A stretch of DNA of 64,000 nt from sequence record OL956808.1. One strand, written 5' to 3'. Under the pieces are notes generated by a model that was not told the DNA's origin, searched no databases, and saw nothing but the letters and a program-made list of their open reading frames with translations. A program made the position numbers and the translations under genes. Each line of letters starts with the position of its first letter. Within the stretch, counting starts at the first letter, position 1. Shown one piece after another: positions 47,849-56,702 of the stretch. The stretch comes from Escherichia phage vB_EcoM-S1P5QW.

Positions 47849-48285
47849 AAACATTATCAGCTGGTATTATCTTTATGACAGAAGATAAAGATTTATTCAT
47901 GGGACGGGTTACTGGTTCTCGTAAGCCTGGAATGATGGCACATCGCTGGGATATTCCAAAAGGCCGTGTAGAAAATTCTGATTTGAGCGCACTAGATGCA
48001 GCACGAAGAGAATGCTTAGAAGAGACCGGTTTTAGCAATTATAATCCAGACCTTCTAGAAGACCTAGGTGTATTTAAATATTCTAGTAATAAAGACTTAC
48101 AGCTGTTTTATTATACGATTCCAGTAGAGCATGAGATGTTTAGAAATTGCCATTGCGAGTCTTATTTTGAAAATAAAGATGGTGTTATGATTCCAGAGAT
48201 GGATGCTTTTGCTCTTATTCCTCGTACTCAGTGGCAATATGTGATGGGTCCTTCACTTTACCGAATAATGAACAGCCTCTTTTAA
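47845..48285 (+). CDS. nudE: Nudix hydrolase NudE (e.1)
   Basis: Nudix box GRVENSDLSALDAARRECLEETGF; ATG at 47845 overlaps upstream stop (ATGA) and has aggaaa RBS; track start 47830 is an alternative. Confidence 0.8.
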   Translation: MKTLSAGIIFMTEDKDLFMGRVTGSRKPGMMAHRWDIPKGRVENSDLSALDAARRECLEETGFSNYNPDLLEDLGVFKYSSNKDLQLFYYTIPVEHEMFRNCHCESYFENKDGVMIPEMDAFALIPRTQWQYVMGPSLYRIMNSLF

Positions 48286-48816
<531 letters not shown>

Positions 48817-48820
48817 AGTT

Positions 48821-48850
48821 ATTTACTTTCTCCTAGAATTGTGATAGTAT
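48821..48850 (+). promoter_or_regulatory. candidate early promoter upstream of the IPIII-like gene
   Basis: -35-like ATTTAC and -10 gtgaTAGTAT. Confidence 0.4.
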
Positions 48851-48910
48851 ATTCACAGTTACTTGAAGAGATAAATTATTAATTAAAATATTTACATTTA
48901 AAGGATACAC

Positions 48911-49384
48911 ATGAAAACATATCAAGAATTTATTACTGAAGCAGCTATTAATTCTCAAATTATTGCTGAATCTTTTACTGATCTTTTGAAATTTAAAAAA
49001 GGACAGAAAATCACTGCTGTACTGGATGATGGTACAGAAGTTGAGATGGATGTACAGGGATATAATTATGCAGTAGATGGAAAACTGTATAATAAATCTC
49101 ATGCTAAATTTGATTCATTTGACGACTTTGTTAATACAGTTGAAGATGAAAAAACTCGTCGATCCATTGCAACAGGTGATGCTAAGGTTCTTATGGCACA
49201 TGGTCATGAACGTATTCGCGCTAAACAGAATAAAATGGGTGAAGATAATTTTGCATTAGTTGGTTATCAATCTGGTAAACAAACTTATGGCTATCAACGT
49301 ACTGCTACCATGTATAACAAAAATGGTAAAATTGCCTTTGTGAATAGTAAAGGTTCTATTCAGTACGTTAAATCGTTCAAATAA
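48911..49384 (+). CDS. internal protein (IPIII-like) with capsid targeting sequence
   Basis: 157 aa; N-terminus MKTYQEFITE-AA matches T4 CTS; adjacent to e as T4 ipIII; aagga RBS. Confidence 0.6.
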   Translation: MKTYQEFITEAAINSQIIAESFTDLLKFKKGQKITAVLDDGTEVEMDVQGYNYAVDGKLYNKSHAKFDSFDDFVNTVEDEKTRRSIATGDAKVLMAHGHERIRAKQNKMGEDNFALVGYQSGKQTYGYQRTATMYNKNGKIAFVNSKGSIQYVKSFK

Positions 49385-49537
49385 GCAAATAAGAAATATG
49401 GGAACAACCTGGACCTCATGATTCTGTGAGGGATTCCCGCCAACCTGTAATAAGGTCGAGCCCAAGTGCGGTAATGGGTAAATACAGAAATGGACAATTC
49501 ATGCGCCACGGAATGGCCCAAACCTAGAGAGAATAAA

Positions 49538-50077
49538 ATGAGAACATTTTTAACTGGTCCTTATCTATCCCTGATGAATGCTTTTACACACCATTCTGAT
49601 GCTAGAGTAGAAGAAATTTGTAAAAACGAATATATCCCGCCATTTGAAGAATTACTTAAACAGTATTGCACACTTCGACTAGATGGTGGACGTCAATCCG
49701 GTAAATCAATTGCTGTGACTAACTTTGCTGCTAATTGGTTGTATGATGGCGGAACAGTTATCGTTCTTTCTAATACTTCAGCTTACGCTAAAATTTCTGC
49801 AAATAACATTAAAAAGGAATTTTCGCGTTATTCTAATGATGATATACGTTTTCGTTTATTTACTGATTCTGTGCGCAGTTTTATTGGTAATAAAGGAAGC
49901 AAGTTCAGAGGTTTATCGCTTTCGCGAATTTTGTATATAATTGATGAGCCTGTCAAATCTCCTGATATGGATAAGATTTATAGTGTCCATATTGAGACTG
50001 TACACTACTGCTGTAATAGTAAATGTTGTATTGGTGGTATTACTCGTCCACAGTTTTTCGTAATCGGAATGCAATGA
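49538..50077 (+). CDS. small P-loop NTPase-like protein with Cys-rich C-terminus
   Basis: Track ORF (49490) over-extended; ATG at 49538 with RBS gives 179 aa; Walker A GGRQSGKS, Walker B-like ILYIIDEP, C-terminal HYCCNSKCC. Confidence 0.55.
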   Translation: MRTFLTGPYLSLMNAFTHHSDARVEEICKNEYIPPFEELLKQYCTLRLDGGRQSGKSIAVTNFAANWLYDGGTVIVLSNTSAYAKISANNIKKEFSRYSNDDIRFRLFTDSVRSFIGNKGSKFRGLSLSRILYIIDEPVKSPDMDKIYSVHIETVHYCCNSKCCIGGITRPQFFVIGMQ

Positions 50078-50403
50078 TGACAGACACTCAGCTTTTCGAA
50101 TATCTTTATTTTTCGCCAAAAACTATTAAAAATAAATTGGTGAATCATTTTGAAATTTTGGCAAATAACAACGTCTTGAGCGAATTTTATCCTAAGCAAT
50201 ACAAATTACAAAAAGGCGTATTCAAAGGATGCAGAGTTTTGTGTACTGCTCCTAATGCACGGCTAATGAATAAAATTCCATATTTTACCATGGAATTTAT
50301 TGATGGTCCTTTTAAAGGACTAATCACCCAAAGTTTAATGGCATATGATTCTGAGCCATTTTTAATTAAAGAACAATCTTGGATAAATTTATTTTCTAAT
50401 TGA
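50074..50403 (+). CDS. hypothetical protein
   Basis: Track ORF starts at non-ATG 50023; ATG at 50074 overlaps upstream stop (ATGA), 109 aa. Confidence 0.45.
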   Translation: MMTDTQLFEYLYFSPKTIKNKLVNHFEILANNNVLSEFYPKQYKLQKGVFKGCRVLCTAPNARLMNKIPYFTMEFIDGPFKGLITQSLMAYDSEPFLIKEQSWINLFSN

Positions 50404-50409
50404 GGTTAT

Positions 50410-50772
50410 ATGAAAGCATATCAAATTCTTGAAGGCACACATAAAGGTACTATTTATTTTGAAGATGGTATTCAAGCACGAATTATTGTCTCTAAAACCT
50501 TTAAAGAGGACTCTTTTGTAGACCCAGAAATTTTCTACGGTTTGCATGCCCGTGAAATTGAAATTGAGCCACAGCCTACAGTTAAAATTGAAGGTGGTCA
50601 ACACCTGAACGTTAACGTTCTGCGTCGTGAAACTCTGGAAGATGCAGTTAAGCATCCGGAAAAATATCCGCAGCTGACCATCCGTGTATCCGGTTATGCA
50701 GTTCGCTTTAACTCTCTGACTCCGGAACAGCAGCGCGACGTTATCGCTCGTACCTTTACTGAGAGTCTGTAA
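50410..50772 (+). CDS. autonomous glycyl radical cofactor, GrcA/YfiD-like
   Basis: 120 aa; C-terminal 60 aa contain glycyl-radical motif RVSGYAVRF and look identical to recalled E. coli GrcA C-terminus; 3' half has host-like GC-rich codons. Confidence 0.85.
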   Translation: MKAYQILEGTHKGTIYFEDGIQARIIVSKTFKEDSFVDPEIFYGLHAREIEIEPQPTVKIEGGQHLNVNVLRRETLEDAVKHPEKYPQLTIRVSGYAVRFNSLTPEQQRDVIARTFTESL

Positions 50773-50993
50773 TGGCAAAGATAATTATTGAAGGTTCTAA
50801 AGATGTGCTAAATGCTTTCGCAGAATGGTTTAGTAATTCAGGCGAACAGCAATTTAATGAAGCCTGGAATATGGGTGATATTGATGGAATTTATCCTACG
50901 ACAGAAATTTCTGTTCAAGGATATGGCATTCATGAACCTATTCGTTTAGTTGAATATGATTTATGCACTGGTGAGGAAGTCAAATATGATTGA
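50772..50993 (+). CDS. hypothetical protein
   Basis: 73 aa; TAATG overlap with upstream gene. Confidence 0.45.
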   Translation: MAKIIIEGSKDVLNAFAEWFSNSGEQQFNEAWNMGDIDGIYPTTEISVQGYGIHEPIRLVEYDLCTGEEVKYD

Positions 50994-51252
50994 AGATATT
51001 AAAGGTTATAAGCCACATACCGACGAAAAAATCGGTAAAGTAAATGCTATTAAAGACGCTGAAGTTCGTTTAGGACTTATCTTTGATGCTTTATACGATG
51101 AATTTTGGGAAGCATTTGATAGCTGTGAAGATGATGAACTCGCGAAGAATTACGCCGAAAGCCTCGATCAGTTAACTATTGCTAAAACGAAACTCAAAGA
51201 AGCCAGTATGTGGGCTTGTCGTGCAGTGTTCCAACCAGAGGAAAAATATTAA
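50986..51252 (+). CDS. hypothetical protein
   Basis: Track ORF starts at TTG 50950; ATG at 50986 with gaggaag RBS gives 88 aa. Confidence 0.45.
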   Translation: MIEDIKGYKPHTDEKIGKVNAIKDAEVRLGLIFDALYDEFWEAFDSCEDDELAKNYAESLDQLTIAKTKLKEASMWACRAVFQPEEKY

Positions 51253-51530
51253 TGGCTCAATTAAGCGCAGGGTTTGGTTATGAGTATTATACTGCCCCTC
51301 GTCGTGTATCTGCCGCTCCTAAGAAAATTCAAAGTCTTGATGACTTCCAGGAAGTAGTCCGTAAAGCTTTCCAGGACTATGCACGTTATCTTAAAGAAGA
51401 TTCACAGGACTGTCTTGAAGAAGATGAAATTGCTTACTATGAGCAACGTCTTGAACAGCTTAAAAACCTACATGAGGTCCGTGCAGAAGTTTCAAAGTCT
51501 ATGAATAAATTGATTAGATTTAAAGAATAA
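51252..51530 (+). CDS. hypothetical protein
   Basis: Track ORF over-extended; ATG at 51252 overlaps upstream stop (TAATG), 92 aa. Confidence 0.45.
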   Translation: MAQLSAGFGYEYYTAPRRVSAAPKKIQSLDDFQEVVRKAFQDYARYLKEDSQDCLEEDEIAYYEQRLEQLKNLHEVRAEVSKSMNKLIRFKE

Positions 51531-51539
51531 CTGTTTACT

Positions 51540-51569
51540 TTTCCTCTTGACTGTGGTATAATTTTTCTA
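51540..51569 (+). promoter_or_regulatory. early promoter upstream of regB
   Basis: GTTTAC, 18-nt spacer, -10 tggTATAAT; imperfect inverted repeat cctcttgactg/cagttaagagg. Confidence 0.6.
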
Positions 51570-51589
51570 TCAGTTAAGAGGAGAATAAC

Positions 51590-52051
51590 ATGACTATCAA
51601 TACAGAAGTTTTTATCCGTCGAAATAAGCTTCGTCGTCACTTTGAGTCGGAGTTTCGTCAAATTAACAATGAGATTCGTGAGGCATCAAAAGCAGCAGGG
51701 GTCTCATCGTTTCATCTAAAATATTCTCAGCATCTTCTTGATCGTGCAATTCAACGGGAGATTGATGAGACATATGTTTTTGAATTATTCCATAAAATAA
51801 AAGACCATGTTTTAGAAGTTAATGAATTCCTGAGTATGCCTCCGCGTCCTGACATTGACGAGGATTTTATTGATGGGGTTGAATATCGTCCTGGACGTTT
51901 AGAAATCACAGATGGAAATCTTTGGCTTGGATTTACGGTTTGTAAGCCTAATGAGAAGTTCAAAAACCCGTCACTTCAATGCAGGATGGCAATTATCAAC
52001 AATCGTCGTTTACCAGGAAAGGCTTCTAAAGCAGTAATTAAAACTCAATGA
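51590..52051 (+). CDS. regB: RegB site-specific endoribonuclease
   Basis: 153 aa; MTINTEVFIRRNKLRRHFESEFRQ... matches recalled T4 RegB; own early promoter and gaggag RBS. Confidence 0.85.
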   Translation: MTINTEVFIRRNKLRRHFESEFRQINNEIREASKAAGVSSFHLKYSQHLLDRAIQREIDETYVFELFHKIKDHVLEVNEFLSMPPRPDIDEDFIDGVEYRPGRLEITDGNLWLGFTVCKPNEKFKNPSLQCRMAIINNRRLPGKASKAVIKTQ

Positions 52052-52058
52052 GGTAAGC

Positions 52059-52604
52059 ATGAGAAAAGCACTACTCGCTGGTCTATTGGCCATTTCAATG
52101 ATGGCACATAGCTCCGAGCATACTTTCAGTAATGTCCAACTCGATAACATGCGTTACGCGTATCAATTCGGGGAACAATTTTCTAAGGATGGAAAATATA
52201 AAACACACAAAAATATCCACAAGAGCGGATTAGGTCATATAATGGCTGCCATTTTATGGCAAGAAAGCTCTGGCGGAGTTAATTTAAAATCTAAACCAAA
52301 GCATCACGCCTACGGAATGTTCCAAAATTATTTGCCTACTATGCGAGCAAGAGTTAAGGAACTTGGTTATAATATGACCGATGCTGAAATAAAAAGAATG
52401 TTGAATAAACGGTCCAATTCAGCTTCCTGGGCGTACATTGAACTTTCTTATTGGTTAAATATACATAAGGGCGATATAAGAAAAGCAATATCCTCTTATA
52501 ATTCGGGATGGAATGTTAAAGCAGGTTCTAAATATGCTTCTGAAGTCCTAGAAAAGGCTAATTACCTTAAAAATAATAAACTTTTGGAAATAGTAAATGA
52601 CTAA
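52059..52604 (+). CDS. secreted lytic transglycosylase-like protein
   Basis: 181 aa; N-terminal signal peptide; SLT-like AILWQESSGG motif. Confidence 0.6.
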   Translation: MRKALLAGLLAISMMAHSSEHTFSNVQLDNMRYAYQFGEQFSKDGKYKTHKNIHKSGLGHIMAAILWQESSGGVNLKSKPKHHAYGMFQNYLPTMRARVKELGYNMTDAEIKRMLNKRSNSASWAYIELSYWLNIHKGDIRKAISSYNSGWNVKAGSKYASEVLEKANYLKNNKLLEIVND

Positions 52605-52938
52605 AATTTTGGTTTTATGTATAGGATTAATTTCATTTTCTGCGTTAGCAGATACATCATATACTGAAATTAGAGAGTATGTAAACCGTACTGCAGCGGA
52701 TTATTGCGGGAAAAATAAAGCATGCCAAGCTGAATTTGCGCAGAAATTAATATATGCATATAAAGACGGAGAAAGAGATAAATCAAGCAGATACAAAAAC
52801 GATACATTGTTAAAACGATATGCTAAAAAGTGGAATACCTTAGAATGTTCAGTTGCGGAGGAAAAAGATAAAGCCGCTTGTCATTCAATGGTTGACCGTT
52901 TGGTAGATTCTTATAATCGAGGATTGAGTACTAGATGA
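52597..52938 (+). CDS. secreted or lipoprotein-like small protein
   Basis: 113 aa; N-terminal signal peptide MTKILVLCIGLISFSALA; several Cys. Confidence 0.5.
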   Translation: MTKILVLCIGLISFSALADTSYTEIREYVNRTAADYCGKNKACQAEFAQKLIYAYKDGERDKSSRYKNDTLLKRYAKKWNTLECSVAEEKDKAACHSMVDRLVDSYNRGLSTR

Positions 52939-53414
52939 TTGTAAAATATATCAAGGGCGATATTGTCGCCCTCTTTCTTGAAGGTAATATTATTGCGCAT
53001 GGGTGTAACTGTTTTCATACAATGGGCAGTGGTGTAGCTGGTCAATTAGCAAGAGCCTATCCCAAAATTTTAGAAATAGATAAAACCACTACTGAGTACG
53101 GTTCTCGTGATAAATTAGGCGATATGTCTATTGTTTTTAAACATAAACCTAATGGTTTTGGCATATGTTATAACTTGTATACGCAATACGAACCAGGTCC
53201 TAATCTTGATTATGGTGCTTTAGTAAACTGCATGATAGAATTAAATCTACAGGCAGAAACCCTTTTGTTTAAACCAGTAATTTACATTCCACGCATAGGT
53301 TGTGGTATTGCTGGCGGCGATTGGGATAAGGTTTCTAAATTAATCGACATGTTTACTCCTGATATTGATTTAATAGTGGTGGATTATGAAAGTACATTAC
53401 CCACATCCGTTTGA
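52935..53414 (+). CDS. macrodomain-like protein (ADP-ribose binding/processing fold)
   Basis: 159 aa; Gly-rich motifs HGCNCFHTMGSGVAGQLA and RIGCGIAGGDW resembling macrodomain nucleotide-binding loops. Confidence 0.5.
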   Translation: MIVKYIKGDIVALFLEGNIIAHGCNCFHTMGSGVAGQLARAYPKILEIDKTTTEYGSRDKLGDMSIVFKHKPNGFGICYNLYTQYEPGPNLDYGALVNCMIELNLQAETLLFKPVIYIPRIGCGIAGGDWDKVSKLIDMFTPDIDLIVVDYESTLPTSV

Positions 53415-53598
53415 TCCTAAAAACAAAGTGGAAATTATTCGTCAATGGGAACGCATTTGCCGTACTAAATGTCCAATTAATAGTCCACATGATGTAGATA
53501 AAGACTACATTGGAACATTCGTTGAATATACCTTTATTGATAAGAAAGGTCGTAAACAACATGTAGAAGAATATTGCTTAAAGGTTACATGGTTATGA
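53386..53598 (+). CDS. hypothetical protein
   Basis: 70 aa; overlaps upstream gene 3' end. Confidence 0.4.
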   Translation: MKVHYPHPFDPKNKVEIIRQWERICRTKCPINSPHDVDKDYIGTFVEYTFIDKKGRKQHVEEYCLKVTWL

Positions 53599-53801
53599 GC
53601 CAAACTAGTATTCTTAAAAATGCCCACTGTGAAAAGTGTAAGTGGCCTGTTGTTTTTGCTTTATGTAATGATGAAATGGCTTGTGATTTCGATTATTGGT
53701 GCTATTGTTCTAATAAAGGATGCATCAATCATAAAGGTGAAGGATTTTATTCGGGATTTTATCCTTATCCTGATTTCGTTAAAGAAGGTAAACCAAAATG
53801 A
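53595..53801 (+). CDS. Cys-rich small protein (putative zinc-binding)
   Basis: Track ORF starts at TTG 53574; ATG at 53595 overlaps upstream stop; 68 aa with CxxC and further Cys pairs. Confidence 0.45.
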   Translation: MSQTSILKNAHCEKCKWPVVFALCNDEMACDFDYWCYCSNKGCINHKGEGFYSGFYPYPDFVKEGKPK

Positions 53802-53974
53802 ATGATGATTTAAAATATCAATTATTACGTGAACTTGATGTTTTGATTGAACTTTCTGCGCAAAAAGGATTTATAATTGGATCAGGTCAAAAAGACCCCA
53901 ACGGTCATTCAATCGTAGCGGTTATGAATCAGAAACGAGTCATTTTAAAACTTTTGGGGATTGACATACTGTGA
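53798..53974 (+). CDS. hypothetical small protein
   Basis: 58 aa ORF not in track; ATG overlaps upstream stop (ATGA). Confidence 0.35.
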   Translation: MNDDLKYQLLRELDVLIELSAQKGFIIGSGQKDPNGHSIVAVMNQKRVILKLLGIDIL

Positions 53975-54156
53975 GTCTAAGCAAAGAACAAAAAGATAAA
54001 TTGTTTGAGCTTATCCATGAACTTCTAGATGAGCATATAGAAGCAAACACCTTTTATGATGAATACGGCCCGCTATCTCCAGAACAGCAGGAAGAATTTG
54101 CTGATCGGTTTGATAAGAAAGAAAATGAATTAATAGCTTATGTGAATACGCTTTAA
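53971..54156 (+). CDS. hypothetical small acidic protein
   Basis: 61 aa; GTG start overlapping upstream stop (GTGA); low certainty. Confidence 0.35.
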   Translation: MSLSKEQKDKLFELIHELLDEHIEANTFYDEYGPLSPEQQEEFADRFDKKENELIAYVNTL

Positions 54157-54165
54157 GAAGGTGAT

Positions 54166-54747
54166 ATGGCGAGTTTAATTTTTACTTATGCAGCAATGAA
54201 TGCTGGAAAATCTGCTTCTCTTTTGACTGCTGCACATAATTATAAAGAACGTGGAATGAGTGTATTAGTTCTTAAGCCTGCTATTGATACTCGCGATTCT
54301 GTCTGTGAAGTTGTTTCTCGCATTGGAATTAAACAGGAAGCGAATATTATTACAGATGATATGGATATTTTCGAGTTCTATAAATGGGCTGAAGCACAAA
54401 AAGATATTCATTGCGTATTTGTAGATGAAGCTCAGTTTTTAAAAACTGAACAGGTGCATCAATTAAGTCGAATTGTTGATACATATAATGTTCCTGTTAT
54501 GGCTTATGGATTAAGGACTGATTTCGCTGGAAAATTGTTTGAAGGTTCTAAAGAACTTTTAGCGATTGCAGATAAACTTATTGAACTAAAGGCAGTTTGT
54601 CATTGTGGTAAAAAAGCGATTATGACAGCTCGATTAATGGAAGATGGAACACCAGTTAAAGAAGGTAATCAAATCTGTATTGGTGATGAAATTTATGTTT
54701 CTTTGTGCAGAAAACATTGGAATGAATTAACTAAAAAGCTCGGTTAG
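54166..54747 (+). CDS. tk: thymidine kinase
   Basis: 193 aa; P-loop AMNAGKS; C-terminal CxxC zinc ribbon; matches recalled T4 Tk. Confidence 0.92.
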   Translation: MASLIFTYAAMNAGKSASLLTAAHNYKERGMSVLVLKPAIDTRDSVCEVVSRIGIKQEANIITDDMDIFEFYKWAEAQKDIHCVFVDEAQFLKTEQVHQLSRIVDTYNVPVMAYGLRTDFAGKLFEGSKELLAIADKLIELKAVCHCGKKAIMTARLMEDGTPVKEGNQICIGDEIYVSLCRKHWNELTKKLG

Positions 54748-54789
54748 TGCAAAAGTTATAAATAGGTTTATCTAACTAAAGGGGTATAT

Positions 54790-55002
54790 ATGCTACAATT
54801 AACTGAAAAGCAACTTCGCAATCTTACTGTTCTTCAATTAGATGAAATTCGTAGGGAAGTTGGAAATATCATTTCAGCTTTGCGTCGAGAAGTATCACTC
54901 AACCAATCTCCGGCAGACTATACTAGATTGCGAAATTTTGAAAAATACCTTGATAAAGTTAAGGCCGTGCATCGGCATAAAGTAAATACAGGACAAAAAT
55001 GA
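54790..55002 (+). CDS. hypothetical protein
   Basis: 70 aa; RBS present; between tk and rI. Confidence 0.5.
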
Positions 55003-55014
55003 TAGGAGGCCTTT

Positions 55015-55308
55015 ATGGCCTTAAAAGCAACGGCACTTTTTGCCATGCTAGGATTGTCATTTGTTTTATCTCCATCGATTGAAGCGAATGTCGATCCTCA
55101 TTTTGATAAATTTATGGAATCTGGTATTAGGCACGTTTATACACTTTTTGAAAATAAAAGCGTAGAATCGTCTGAACAATTCTATAGTTTTATGAGAACG
55201 ACCTATAAAAATGACCCGTGCTCTTCTGATTTTGAATGTATAGAACGAGGCGCGGAGATGGCACAATCATACGCTAGAATTATGAACATTAAATTGGAGA
55301 CTGAATGA
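55015..55308 (+). CDS. rI: lysis inhibition regulator RI (antiholin)
   Basis: 97 aa; N-terminal signal-anchor MALKATALFAMLGLSFVLSPSIEA; matches recalled T4 RI. Confidence 0.85.
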   Translation: MALKATALFAMLGLSFVLSPSIEANVDPHFDKFMESGIRHVYTLFENKSVESSEQFYSFMRTTYKNDPCSSDFECIERGAEMAQSYARIMNIKLETE

Positions 55309-55691
55309 AATTCAGCGACTTTTCACAAAGTGGAAAACCTTCAAAGGCAGATGAATACTTAGGTTTATTAATGGCTGCACAAGCTTATTTTCATTCTGCA
55401 CATTTTGAAACTAAAAGTTATGCTAGACACAAAGCATACGATTTTATTTTCTCCGAGTTGCCAGATTTGATTGATAAATTTGGTGAGCAATATTTGGGGT
55501 ATTCTGGTAGAAAATACACGCCTTCAATTCCAGATGCCAGTAAACTTCCTACCGACACAATTAAAATGATTGATCGCATACTAGACCAATCTAACAGCAT
55601 TTATAAAGAAATGCCTCCAGCCATTCAAAGCACGATAGATGATATTACTGGAATGTTTTACCAGAGTAAGTATCTTCTTTCCCTCGAATAA
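55305..55691 (+). CDS. hypothetical protein
   Basis: 128 aa; ATGA overlap with rI; terminator hairpin after stop. Confidence 0.5.
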   Translation: MKFSDFSQSGKPSKADEYLGLLMAAQAYFHSAHFETKSYARHKAYDFIFSELPDLIDKFGEQYLGYSGRKYTPSIPDASKLPTDTIKMIDRILDQSNSIYKEMPPAIQSTIDDITGMFYQSKYLLSLE

Positions 55692-55696
55692 CATTA

Positions 55697-55722
55697 GTCT
55701 CCTTCGGGAGACTTTTTTCATT
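55697..55722 (+). terminator. intrinsic terminator after ORF 55305-55691
   Basis: Hairpin agtctcc-ttcg-ggagact followed by TTTTTT. Confidence 0.7.
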
Positions 55723-55728
55723 TTACCG

Positions 55729-55760
55729 GTTTACTTTCCGTTTGAGCTGTGATACTATAC
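55729..55760 (+). promoter_or_regulatory. early promoter
   Basis: GTTTAC, -10 gtgaTACTATacaactatc. Confidence 0.5.
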
Positions 55761-55786
55761 AACTATCGGATAAAGAGGAGAACATC

Positions 55787-55975
55787 ATGAAAATTGAAGC
55801 ACTCAATCAAGAAGGAAATATCTACGTCATCATTAATGGTGATTTTTTCGTCGACATGGATGAAGTTACTAGTGAAGAACTTGTAGAATTTCTTAAGAAA
55901 CGTTATAATATGTGTGATGAAGTTGCAACTCACATGGCATGTGCAATATTCTCTCTTTCATATGTGGTGGAATAA
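55787..55975 (+). CDS. hypothetical small protein
   Basis: Track ORF starts at TTG inside promoter; ATG at 55787 with agaggag RBS gives 62 aa. Confidence 0.45.
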   Translation: MKIEALNQEGNIYVIINGDFFVDMDEVTSEELVEFLKKRYNMCDEVATHMACAIFSLSYVVE

Positions 55976-56178
55976 TGATTAGTATCGAACAAGCGGATAA
56001 AATTAAGGAATTGGTAGCTTTAATTCGTAAAGCAGATGAGGAACTTAGTGACTTTGCTTGGTTTTCGTCAGGCATTGCAAATAAAGGTATTGATGAACTT
56101 GAAGCTAAAGTTGATAATGCTTTAGAAGCGTTAGATATGTTTCTTGATGAAATTATCGATCATAATACGAGAGTTTAA
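55975..56178 (+). CDS. hypothetical small acidic protein
   Basis: Track ORF over-extended; ATG at 55975 (TAATG overlap) gives 67 aa. Confidence 0.45.
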   Translation: MISIEQADKIKELVALIRKADEELSDFAWFSSGIANKGIDELEAKVDNALEALDMFLDEIIDHNTRV

Positions 56179-56180
56179 GT

Positions 56181-56375
56181 ATGCTAACACGCGAACAGTT
56201 TGAAAAAATCATTAAATTAGCACGTGATATTGAAATAGATTCATACCAATTAGCAGTTGAGCATTGTGAAGGATATTCATACGACGGTATAGAAGCAGCT
56301 AAAAAGGATTTGGATAAATCTAAAGCTAAGTTAGTTCAATATCTTGAAATGATTAGGTGGAATAATGAAAACTGA
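56181..56375 (+). CDS. hypothetical small protein
   Basis: 64 aa ORF. Confidence 0.45.
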   Translation: MLTREQFEKIIKLARDIEIDSYQLAVEHCEGYSYDGIEAAKKDLDKSKAKLVQYLEMIRWNNEN

Positions 56376-56538
56376 AAAGCAGATGTTTTTAATGAAACTA
56401 ATTGAAGAATATGCTAATGCAGTTTCTGACTATGAATGTTCTTCTCGGGAAAGAGGTACAGCTTTCGCCAAAGAAGAAATGAAAATCATGGTTGATGCTC
56501 ACACAAAGCTTCAGAATTTTATTGAAAACGTCATTTAA
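56365..56538 (+). CDS. hypothetical small protein
   Basis: 57 aa ORF not in track; aggtgg RBS; overlaps upstream 3' end. Confidence 0.35.
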   Translation: MKTEKQMFLMKLIEEYANAVSDYECSSRERGTAFAKEEMKIMVDAHTKLQNFIENVI

Positions 56539-56540
56539 TG

Positions 56541-56571
56541 GTTTACAAGTTGGCAAGGTTATGGTATAGTA
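56541..56571 (+). promoter_or_regulatory. early promoter
   Basis: GTTTAC, -10 tggTATAGT. Confidence 0.5.
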
Positions 56572-56702
56572 ATCTTGTCAACTTCCAAGGAGAAGAGAAT
56601 GAAAGTTTTGTTTGTTGTGTATGTGATGATTCAATATAATTACCCAATGTTTACTTATAATTTGGTAAACAACATTATTGATATGATTCAGAGGAGTATG
56701 TA

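Noticed and set aside
48833-49102. Minus-strand ORF 48833-49102
   Set aside because: Antisense across a promoter and the start of the IPIII-like gene; no support.
53620-53805. ORF 53620-53805 (+)
   Set aside because: Alternative frame overlapping the Cys-rich ORF; no RBS, hydrophobic nonsense composition.
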